From an uncultured Smithella sp. (lineage in GTDB: Bacteria > Desulfobacterota > Syntrophia > Syntrophales > Smithellaceae), in the NCBI GenBank assembly GCA_964608995.1, contig CAZSQS010000009.1, forward strand, positions 2,039 to 66,038: a stretch of 64,000 bases of DNA, in the 5' to 3' direction. The translations under genes were made by a program, and so were the position numbers. This document shows positions 56,671-63,887 of this stretch, piece by piece. The notes beneath the pieces are model-generated. The model was not told the origin of the DNA and did not search any database. It was given only the letters and a program-made list of their open reading frames with translations. The stretch's first letter is position 1; every line of letters begins with the position of its first letter.

Positions 56671-57774
56671 TTAAATCGCGTTAGATATTGCATTTGCGGG
56701 CGGCGGCGGCTCGACGACGTCGTCGCAAAGATTTTTTCCTTTTTCATACCCCATGACCCAGACGGCCAGGTACGTGTCCACATAATCCAGCCAGGACTTG
56801 AAGGTTTCAGGCGTGATTACGTGACGATAAAGCCTGGCTGTGACGACGGCGGAGCCGGCGGCGTAGTGGCGGCAATCCGGGCAGTCCGTGTCCGGCACGC
56901 AGCAGGCCACCGACCGGTCCCAGTTCAGATCCGTGCGGTACTGGCGAAACGACCGGCCCAGCCCGATATCCTGCGAGGGGTTACAGCGCGGATAGGAGCA
57001 GCTGTAGAGATCGTGAAGCCCCAGAAGCGAGGTGTGCGCCACGGCGTTATAGACCGAGAATAAAACGTTATCCGGGTATTGGCGCAAAAGCGTAATCATG
57101 GACTGGCGGGTTTGCGCCAGCGACGCGGGATGATGGCGAAGCGGGCCTTCATAGCCCACCGGTGACGAAAAAACATTGAACGTCAGCTTGCAGTCGTGAG
57201 CCGCCAGCTCGGCCGCGACTTCATGCGCTTCTTCGATATTTTCCCGTGTGTAGGTATAGACAAAGACCGCGCGGGGGTCGCCGGAATAGTTTTCGATCTG
57301 TGTTTTTAAAAGATGTTTTGCCCGGCGGACGCGCAGGCTGGATTCGTCATTGCCCCAGACGGAGATATGGATTTTATACCCGACGGCGTCGGGGATTTTC
57401 TTAAATCCGTTGGTGGCGATGCTGCCCAGCGGCATTTCGTCAAAGCAGACCTGTAAAAGCTCCGGCACCAGCGACGGCTCCGCACCGGCGAGCACCACAT
57501 ACGTGATGCCCCGCTCTTTTTCCTTGCGCATGAGCGCGCGCCAGTCTTCGGGATTGCCGTTTTCGACGGCGAACTGTTTGTCGCCTTCGTAGTAGTAGCA
57601 GCCGTCACAGCGGATATTGCAGCGGTTGGTCATATCATACGTGGATTCCCGAAGAAAAAAATACCGGCGCACCTTTTCCCAGCGGTCCCGGGTGGCCGGA
57701 TCGGCCAAAAGATCGGAAAACTTCAACCGGGCCGGTTCAGCTTTTATCTTCAGAGAGGTTCTCATAGCGGTCAA
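56671..57774 (-). CDS. radical SAM enzyme (paralog A)
   Basis: 367 aa with the motif YDMTNRCNIRCDGCYY (CX3CX2C) and a C-terminal Cys cluster ACCVPDTDCPDC. It is clearly paralogous to the downstream gene. Confidence 0.8.
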   Translation of the reverse strand: MTAMRTSLKIKAEPARLKFSDLLADPATRDRWEKVRRYFFLRESTYDMTNRCNIRCDGCYYYEGDKQFAVENGNPEDWRALMRKEKERGITYVVLAGAEPSLVPELLQVCFDEMPLGSIATNGFKKIPDAVGYKIHISVWGNDESSLRVRRAKHLLKTQIENYSGDPRAVFVYTYTRENIEEAHEVAAELAAHDCKLTFNVFSSPVGYEGPLRHHPASLAQTRQSMITLLRQYPDNVLFSVYNAVAHTSLLGLHDLYSCSYPRCNPSQDIGLGRSFRQYRTDLNWDRSVACCVPDTDCPDCRHYAAGSAVVTARLYRHVITPETFKSWLDYVDTYLAVWVMGYEKGKNLCDDVVEPPPPANAISNAI

Positions 57775-57782
57775 TGACGTCC

Positions 57783-58055
57783 TTAATTTTTTGAAGCGCG
57801 TTTTTCGGCGATGTAATCACAGATTAACCGGACGGTTTTAAGTTTCGGATAATCGTCCTCATCGATAACGATTTTGTATTCATCCTGTAAAACCAGCGCG
57901 ATGGTGGCCAGGTCCATGCTGTCGATGCCGAGTTCATCCACCAGATCCATATCCGGATTAAACGTCTGGGCGGTGACGTCTTCCAGCTTTAACTCTCCGA
58001 TGATAATTTCCGCCACATGTGCCATCATGCCCTGTGTGTCTTGAATTTCAGGCAT
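57783..58055 (-). CDS. acyl carrier protein (dedicated, copy 2)
   Basis: 90 aa and acidic, with the phosphopantetheine attachment motif LGIDSMDLA. Confidence 0.8.
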   Translation of the reverse strand: MPEIQDTQGMMAHVAEIIIGELKLEDVTAQTFNPDMDLVDELGIDSMDLATIALVLQDEYKIVIDEDDYPKLKTVRLICDYIAEKRASKN

Positions 58056-58077
58056 TCCCTTCCTCCTTATATTAAAA

Positions 58078-58458
58078 TCAATTCAATTTTTTTTCCGAAG
58101 GCGCCGCCGCGACGATACCGCTGCATACGATGTTGTCTTCGACAGACACCTTAAAGCCATAACGGATTTCTTTTTCTGCCGATTCCCGGTTTAAGACGAT
58201 TTCGAGGGCTTCACCCGGACGAACGGGGCGTGAAAAACGGATTCTTCTAAGCGATCTGAGCTCCAGGGCTTCATCGCGCGTACGGGCGTCTTGTAAAATG
58301 GCGTTATAGACCGCGGACACCAGTGCGATTCCCGGTAAGATCGGCTCGCCGGGAAAGTGCCCCTCAAACCAGACGGAGTTATCGGGAACCTTTGCAGCGG
58401 CGGTTATGGCGTCTGCGTGTGCGCTTTTAATTTCGCCGGGTAAAATCCATGGATTCAT
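58078..58458 (-). CDS. FabZ-like hot-dog beta-hydroxyacyl-ACP dehydratase
   Basis: 126 aa with the catalytic His motif FEGHFPGEPILPG. Confidence 0.75.
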   Translation of the reverse strand: MNPWILPGEIKSAHADAITAAAKVPDNSVWFEGHFPGEPILPGIALVSAVYNAILQDARTRDEALELRSLRRIRFSRPVRPGEALEIVLNRESAEKEIRYGFKVSVEDNIVCSGIVAAAPSEKKLN

Positions 58459-58592
58459 GTAATATCAGCATCTCTGCCCAAACAGGGCTCTTGCGGTGTC
58501 ATTTAAAGGGCAAATACATATCATTATTTGGGTTTTCAATCAAAAAAAATTACGCGGGTCAATCATTATTTTTTTAACGCCTCCGGGGGTCG

Positions 58593-59396
58593 TTAGTGCA
58601 TCGTTGACATGACCGGCTGGCCGATCAACTTATCCAGCGGTACAATGGTGAGTCCCCTGTCTCTGAGTCCCGACAGGATTTTATCCACCTCGGCCAGAAA
58701 CGCTTTCGGATGGCATGCGCTGGGCGGACAAACATCATGCAGTAAAATGATGTCGTCGGGCTTTACGTTTTTCAGAATTTTTTGGGAGAGGTTTTGCATG
58801 CGGCGGTTTCCCGCATCGCCTGCGCGACAGCTGAAGGTGACTAACGACAGATTCAACGCATCGAGCAGCGGGGGCAGTTTGGGGTTGATGATGCCGACCG
58901 GCGGTCGAAACACATGGGTTTTGATGCCCAGAGACTGAAGGGCCGCCTGCGCTTCGGTAATTTCGAAAAGCAGACGACGGCGGGTCTTGAGCATTAAAAA
59001 GGGAGAATGACTGTAGGAGTGGTTGCCCAGGAGGTGTCCGCGGGCGGCGATCCGGGCGATGACGTCCGGATGGCTGAGGGCGTTGACGCCGGAGACAAAG
59101 AAGGTGGCGGGCGCGCTGTAGCGCTCCAGCAGGTCAAGCACCTCTGCGGTGAGCGGCTCGGATGGGCCGTCGTCAAAGGTCAGGGCCACGCAGGGCTTCC
59201 CCGTATTTCCGCGAAAAATGACGGGGCCCAGAAGGTTCATCTGCGGAAAAAAGCAGGCGACAAGGCAGATGCCAATAAAAAGCGCCAGCACACCAATGGT
59301 CAAAAACAGAGAAACCGGGAAAACCGCAACTGCCGCCGCAAAGGCAAACACGCCAAGCATTTCGGCGGTGCGGCGTTTAGCGGGCCTGGCGGTCAT
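58593..59396 (-). CDS. membrane-anchored NodB-homology (polysaccharide deacetylase family) protein
   Basis: Has N-terminal TM helices followed by the NodB motifs LTFDDGPS and GNHSYSH. The ATG at 59396 overlaps the upstream stop (ATGA). An alternative start is at 59414. Confidence 0.75.
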   Translation of the reverse strand: MTARPAKRRTAEMLGVFAFAAAVAVFPVSLFLTIGVLALFIGICLVACFFPQMNLLGPVIFRGNTGKPCVALTFDDGPSEPLTAEVLDLLERYSAPATFFVSGVNALSHPDVIARIAARGHLLGNHSYSHSPFLMLKTRRRLLFEITEAQAALQSLGIKTHVFRPPVGIINPKLPPLLDALNLSLVTFSCRAGDAGNRRMQNLSQKILKNVKPDDIILLHDVCPPSACHPKAFLAEVDKILSGLRDRGLTIVPLDKLIGQPVMSTMH

Positions 59397-60745
59397 GGAA
59401 TCAGATGCTCCCACAGGGGGCCGGTATGGCCGCGTTCATAGAGCCTCGGCAGAATGCGCGTCGCTTTGCTTTCGCCTGCGCCGATGAGCCAGTTGAGGCG
59501 GCCCGCCGCGTGCGTTTCCACGCGCTCGACAATTTCAACATCGGAGATTTGCGGGGATCGGTAGAACACCGGTTCCAGAAGATTTTGCGACGGGTGGATC
59601 TGGCCTTCCTGAAGCGCCGTCTCATACAGCGCCGTGTGCGGATAGATGCGGATGCCGCAGAAAAAGAAAAATACGCCGCTGTCAAGCTGATCGATGCCGA
59701 GAAGGGTTTGCTGGATCGTCTGTTCGTTTTCACCGGGGCCGCCCAAAAGAAAGTAATGGGCGATGAACAGATTGGCGTCCATGGCCTTGGCGTGCGCTTT
59801 TAAAACATTGTCCTGGCGAAAAGGCTTTCGAAGCGTGGAGAGCATCGTGTCGCACAGAGATTCAGTGCCGAATTCCACGTGCGTCAGGCCCGCGTCTGCC
59901 AGCCGCTGATAATAATCTTCCGGGGGCGTTGTGGGTGCGAAAAATCCGCCCCAGGGAATTGACAGGCCCGCCCGGATGAGTGCATCGGCAACGAGCCGGC
60001 TGTGCTCGTAGCTTGCGTTAAAGGCCGAGTCGGTCATGAAAATATATTTGGCGCCCGCGTCCTGAAGCGCACGCGCCTGGCGCGCGATGTCGTCCGGATC
60101 GAAAAGACGCATTTTGGCGCCTTCGATATGCGGATAGGTGCAGTAGCTGCAGCGAAACGGGCAGCCCCGCTTGGTTTGCAGATTCAGCATACCGCCGTAG
60201 GATAAATAGTATCTGGTGTGCAGGGCGTCCGGATCAAAGGTCCGATGGATATCGCCTGCCCATGTCCGGTATTCGACTGCTTCTGTGTTTTTTGTGACCA
60301 GGCCGGGAATGCCTGATGTTGGGGATTGGCTTTCCAGCGCATTAAGCAGCAGAAGAAAACTTTCCCCTTCACCTGCAATGCCGTAATCGGCCTTTAGCGC
60401 CCGCAGAAATTCCAGCGGAAAGATGGTATAGCCGCTGCCGCCCAGAATCAGCGGGGCGCGGGAATTTTGCCGGATGCATTTCACCAGATCCTGGTAATCA
60501 CGGAGGAACCCGTAGCTGTTGAGCGTGTCGGTATTATCGATATTGCGGATGGACAGCCCGATGTAATCCGGCGCGAACGCCCGGATGGCATTCCCCAGAG
60601 CGTCCACGGGCATATCGACGTTCATGTCGATGATTTTTGTCTCATAAAAGGGGGAAAGGGCGCCCGCCACATAGTCCAGCCCCAGCGGATAAACCGGGTA
60701 GGGCTGTTTCATCCTGTTGGCGGAAATCAGCAATACTTTCTTCAT
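59393..60745 (-). CDS. B12-binding-domain radical SAM enzyme (class B)
   Basis: 450 aa with an N-terminal Rossmann-like cobalamin-binding-type domain (MKKVLLISANR...) followed by TKRGCPFRCSYCTYP (CX3CX2C). Confidence 0.75.
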   Translation of the reverse strand: MKKVLLISANRMKQPYPVYPLGLDYVAGALSPFYETKIIDMNVDMPVDALGNAIRAFAPDYIGLSIRNIDNTDTLNSYGFLRDYQDLVKCIRQNSRAPLILGGSGYTIFPLEFLRALKADYGIAGEGESFLLLLNALESQSPTSGIPGLVTKNTEAVEYRTWAGDIHRTFDPDALHTRYYLSYGGMLNLQTKRGCPFRCSYCTYPHIEGAKMRLFDPDDIARQARALQDAGAKYIFMTDSAFNASYEHSRLVADALIRAGLSIPWGGFFAPTTPPEDYYQRLADAGLTHVEFGTESLCDTMLSTLRKPFRQDNVLKAHAKAMDANLFIAHYFLLGGPGENEQTIQQTLLGIDQLDSGVFFFFCGIRIYPHTALYETALQEGQIHPSQNLLEPVFYRSPQISDVEIVERVETHAAGRLNWLIGAGESKATRILPRLYERGHTGPLWEHLIP

Positions 60746-60805
60746 GAATCCTGTTTGCTCAGCGTTGTGTTAAAGAGTCCGGCGGTTACGCGCCGCCAAC
60801 CGTGG

Positions 60806-61078
60806 TCAGCCTTTGGCTTTTCGCGCCTGATCGATAAAAGTCGCAAGCGCCCGGACGGACGCGAAGACCTTGGCGCCGAGTTCCTTGTTTTCAATTTTGA
60901 CGCCGTAGTCTTTTTCGATCATCATGACGAGTTCAAGAACATCAATCGAATCGATCCCCGTGTCGCCACCCACCAGCGGATCATCATCATGAATATCTTC
61001 GGGGGTCACGTCCATCAACCCCAGCGTTGCGATAATTTTGCCTTTCAGTTCAACCGTTAGTTCCTGCACTGTACTCAT
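60806..61078 (-). CDS. acyl carrier protein (dedicated, copy 1)
   Basis: 90 aa starting at MSTVQEL, with the attachment motif GIDSIDVLEL. I moved the start from 61159 to ATG 61078. Confidence 0.75.
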   Translation of the reverse strand: MSTVQELTVELKGKIIATLGLMDVTPEDIHDDDPLVGGDTGIDSIDVLELVMMIEKDYGVKIENKELGAKVFASVRALATFIDQARKAKG

Positions 61079-61101
61079 CTGCCACCTCGATATAATGTAT
61101 T

Positions 61102-61548
61102 CTAGAGTCTGTCTTCCTTCGCACCCGCAACGTCCAACCGCTCCCGGGTCACTTGACAAATATCTTTCCCCAAAATTTTTTCAAGCCCAATGCGCGTCAG
61201 CCATCGCATAAAAGACCGGAAATATTGTTTCCCCGCTATTTTAATTCCGATAATAAACATCAGGGTGGATATGCCATAAATCAAGGGCCCCCCGATGACC
61301 GCCAGCCGCGCATCTTTTGCCCAGACCGCAAGAATGCCCAGGACGATAACGGCGGGCAGGCCGATCACATAGCTGAAGGCGATCATCGCCAGGCCCGCAA
61401 TGGCCGTTTTAGACGGCCGGGCCCGGATAGCCGCCAGATTGGCTTGGTCGGCGATGGCCTGTTTACAAAAAGGTTTCTCGGCCAGACGAAGGGCCACTTT
61501 TTTTATAACGTTCAATACCGCATCCAACCCAGTGCAATAAAATTGCAT
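61102..61548 (-). CDS. hypothetical membrane protein (about 3 TM)
   Basis: 148 aa with hydrophobic helices (IAGLAMIAFSYVIGLPAVIVLGILAVW, GGPLIYGISTLMFIIGIKI). No motif recognised. Confidence 0.5.
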   Translation of the reverse strand: MQFYCTGLDAVLNVIKKVALRLAEKPFCKQAIADQANLAAIRARPSKTAIAGLAMIAFSYVIGLPAVIVLGILAVWAKDARLAVIGGPLIYGISTLMFIIGIKIAGKQYFRSFMRWLTRIGLEKILGKDICQVTRERLDVAGAKEDRL

Positions 61549-61580
61549 TGCTGAAAAAACATGCGATCATAGCTTTTTTT

Positions 61581-61595
61581 TTGAAATGATTTCAA
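61581..61595. promoter_or_regulatory. perfect 7-1-7 palindrome TTGAAAT-g-ATTTCAA inside the cluster
   Basis: Lies in the 72-nt gap between the FabA-like gene and the membrane-protein gene, next to a T9/A9 run. All pairs are A/T, so it is more likely a protein-binding operator than an RNA hairpin. Confidence 0.3.
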
Positions 61596-61620
61596 GATAA
61601 ATTTCGACGCCTGCCCGAAT

Positions 61621-62214
61621 TTACCGCTGCATGATTCCGCCGGTGGAATATTTCGAGCGGTTTGGATAATCGGGGTAGGCAATATCCTTGAAAATGCCGG
61701 TTCTGGCCTGTCCCACCGTGTAAATCAATTCGTCATCGACATAGACCCGGCCGTCTCCCACGACCAGGGAAGACCCGGAGTCTTTGAGTTGTGAATAGCG
61801 GCGGACATCGATCTCGAAGCGGACTACTTTGTTAAACGGCCGGATCTGACCATTGAAAACGACTTCCCCGCAGCCTAAGGCGCGTCCCGTTCCCAGGGCG
61901 CCGCGCCACACACAGAAAAACCCCAGAAGCTGCCAGATCGCATCCACGCCCAGACATCCGGGTTGCACCGGATCGCCCTTGAAATGACATTGAAAGTACC
62001 AGGCATCGAGCCGCACATCCTGTTCGGCGATCAATTTTCCGGTGTTGCCAGCGCTTTTGATGAGCGTAATGCGATCCATCATCAGAAAAGGCGGGGCCGG
62101 CAGGCGCGCCTGAAGCTCGGCCGGAGGATCGGCGATGAGCGTGCCATGGGAAAAGGCCAGTAATTCCTCAAAATTGAAGGCGCTTTTCTTCAGGAAGTCT
62201 TGATAAGTGATCAT
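61621..62214 (-). CDS. FabA-like beta-hydroxyacyl-ACP dehydratase/isomerase
   Basis: Aligns by eye with E. coli FabA from the start onward: LPAPPFLMMDRI, then WYFQCHFKGDPVQPGCLGVDAIWQLLGFF (FabA has [29 protein letters not shown]). I moved the start from 62361 to ATG 62214. Confidence 0.75.
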   Translation of the reverse strand: MITYQDFLKKSAFNFEELLAFSHGTLIADPPAELQARLPAPPFLMMDRITLIKSAGNTGKLIAEQDVRLDAWYFQCHFKGDPVQPGCLGVDAIWQLLGFFCVWRGALGTGRALGCGEVVFNGQIRPFNKVVRFEIDVRRYSQLKDSGSSLVVGDGRVYVDDELIYTVGQARTGIFKDIAYPDYPNRSKYSTGGIMQR

Positions 62215-62461
62215 GGATTTTCTCTTTTCTCCGGTCGTGTAAGGGAATCGGGCCGGGGGGGGATTGAATATGACGGCAGACAAGATGCCAGCCGGATGAA
62301 CATAAAATACCGAAATATCGATATATTCAGACTCCCTATCGGAGAATGTTCCATTTGTCAAAACAAAAATTCCGGAGAAAATTGATAGCGCAAAATATTA
62401 AATTCAGTTATAAACCGTCACGTCAGAACAAAAACAGAATTTCAGAAAAGAGGGACAGACC

Positions 62462-63157
62462 ATGAACCGAGCCGCACTTCACAAAATCAGTTATGGAGTC
62501 TATGTTGTCACCTCCGGTCAGGATGGAAAATTTAACGGCCAGATCGCCAACTCGATCATTCAGGCCACATCAAAGCCGGCAACCGTTGCTGTGTGCATCA
62601 ATAAGGAAAATTACACACATGCATTGATCACGGCGAGCCGCAAGCTCGCGATATCCATTGTTTCCCAAGACGCGCCGATGACCTTTATCGGGTTATATGG
62701 GTTTAAAAGCGGCCGGGAGGTGGACAAGCTCAAAGACGCCAAAACAAAAACCGGCGCGACGGGCGTGCCCATCGTTCTGGATTACTCACTGGGATACATC
62801 GAAGCGGAGGTGGAAGGCGAGCTCGATTGCGGCACGCATACGCTTTTTCTGGGGAAAATTGTCGATGCGGATGTCACAGGCGAGGGAGAACCGATGACCT
62901 ACGCCTATTATCAAAACGTCAAGGGTGGAAAATCTCCTAAAACAGCGCCCACTTACGATGCGGACGCCGCTGCGGCCAAACCCAAAACGCAAGCCGCCTC
63001 GCGCTATGTTTGCAGCGTGTGCGGCTATGTCTATGACCCGCAAGCGGGTGATCCGGATAACGGCGTTTCCCTCGGGACTCGCTTTGAAGACGTTCCGGAT
63101 TCCTGGACTTGCCCGATCTGCGGCGCAGATAAATCGAAGTTTGAGGCAGAGAAATAA
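62462..63157 (+). CDS. flavin reductase domain fused to rubredoxin (high-molecular-weight rubredoxin type)
   Basis: The N-terminal segment (YGVYVVTS...) is flavin-reductase-like. The C-terminal 50 aa form a canonical rubredoxin ([12 protein letters not shown]...[14 protein letters not shown]). Confidence 0.8.
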   Translation: MNRAALHKISYGVYVVTSGQDGKFNGQIANSIIQATSKPATVAVCINKENYTHALITASRKLAISIVSQDAPMTFIGLYGFKSGREVDKLKDAKTKTGATGVPIVLDYSLGYIEAEVEGELDCGTHTLFLGKIVDADVTGEGEPMTYAYYQNVKGGKSPKTAPTYDADAAAAKPKTQAASRYVCSVCGYVYDPQAGDPDNGVSLGTRFEDVPDSWTCPICGADKSKFEAEK

Positions 63158-63180
63158 AGACGCGGAAAATGGCAATTTTT

Positions 63181-63231
63181 AAACCCCCGGTTAGCGGTCT
63201 GAGCGCCGCTAACCGGGGGTTTATTTTGTTT
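63181..63231 (+). terminator. strong rho-independent terminator
   Basis: A 17-bp perfect stem, aaacccccggttagcgg (63181-97) with ccgctaaccgggggttt (63206-22), an 8-nt loop, then tttattttgttt. It sits between convergent genes. Confidence 0.85.
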
Positions 63232-63239
63232 AAAATTGA

Positions 63240-63599
63240 CTATTTAAAGAAATTGACACAGGCTGGAGACAGCTGGGTTTCGTGGCGTTTCAGGCAGCGC
63301 AGCATCCGTCCGTCCCCGGGTTTGACGTCCATACAGAAACTTTGCATGTCCTGACCGCAGGCTTGCGAAAAAGATTCAATCTGCGTTTGAGCTTCCCGAA
63401 CCAGTTTTTTGCAAGCCGGGGCAAGCTGGGGTTCGTTTTGTGTGAGGCAGGCCATAATGCGCCCTTCGCCCCGTTTAACATTTTTGCAAAACTTTTCGGC
63501 ATCTTCCCGGCATATTTCGATTCCAGCCATTCCCAAAGACACAGCGGATGCGAGCCATCCCAGCGTTAAAACCAAAACCAGCAGCCATTTGAACTTCAT
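63240..63599 (-). CDS. secreted cysteine-rich repeat protein
   Basis: Has a signal peptide followed by two copies of the pattern C-x3-(A/M)-x2-FC-x2-VK-x-G-x-GR-x3-CL-x7-L-x-P-AC. Confidence 0.6.
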   Translation of the reverse strand: MKFKWLLVLVLTLGWLASAVSLGMAGIEICREDAEKFCKNVKRGEGRIMACLTQNEPQLAPACKKLVREAQTQIESFSQACGQDMQSFCMDVKPGDGRMLRCLKRHETQLSPACVNFFK

Positions 63600-63632
63600 A
63601 AAACCTCCCTGTGGTAAACGTGACGGATGGAT

Positions 63633-63887
63633 CTATTTGGACCCCTTCGGCGGTTCGTCAAAGCCGCTTCCGTCAGGAACGCCGTCGCCGGAATTGGGCG
63701 CTGGTCCCGGACCCAATCCAACCGCTGTCAGGTCTGAATCATCGTCAAAGCCGCTTCCATCGGGAATGCCATCGCCGGAATTGGGCGCCGGACCGGGGGA
63801 AGTCGAAGGCCCCGAACCGTTTGACGCATAAGTTAATGGTGCAAATAACAACATGACCGCTAACATCAACATCAAAAATTTTTTCAT
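63633..63887 (-). CDS. small secreted Gly/Asp/Pro-rich repeat protein
   Basis: Has a signal peptide MKKFLMLMLAVMLLFAPLTYA followed by two 29-aa repeats containing GPGPAPNSGDG(I/V)PDGSGFD. RBS aggaggaagg. Confidence 0.6.
   Translation of the reverse strand: MKKFLMLMLAVMLLFAPLTYASNGSGPSTSPGPAPNSGDGIPDGSGFDDDSDLTAVGLGPGPAPNSGDGVPDGSGFDEPPKGSK
63655..63797 (-). repeat. 87-bp-period direct repeat inside the 84-aa ORF
   Basis: tcgtcaaagccgcttccgtcaggaacgccgtcgccggaattgggcgc (from 63655) recurs with a few substitutions from 63742. Confidence 0.85.

Noticed and set aside
62215-62361. A 49-codon N-terminal extension of the FabA-like ORF (start at 62361)
   Set aside because: Alignment with E. coli FabA begins at the internal Met (ATG 62214). 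The extension contains the C8 tract (NPPPARF) and looks like translated promoter sequence.
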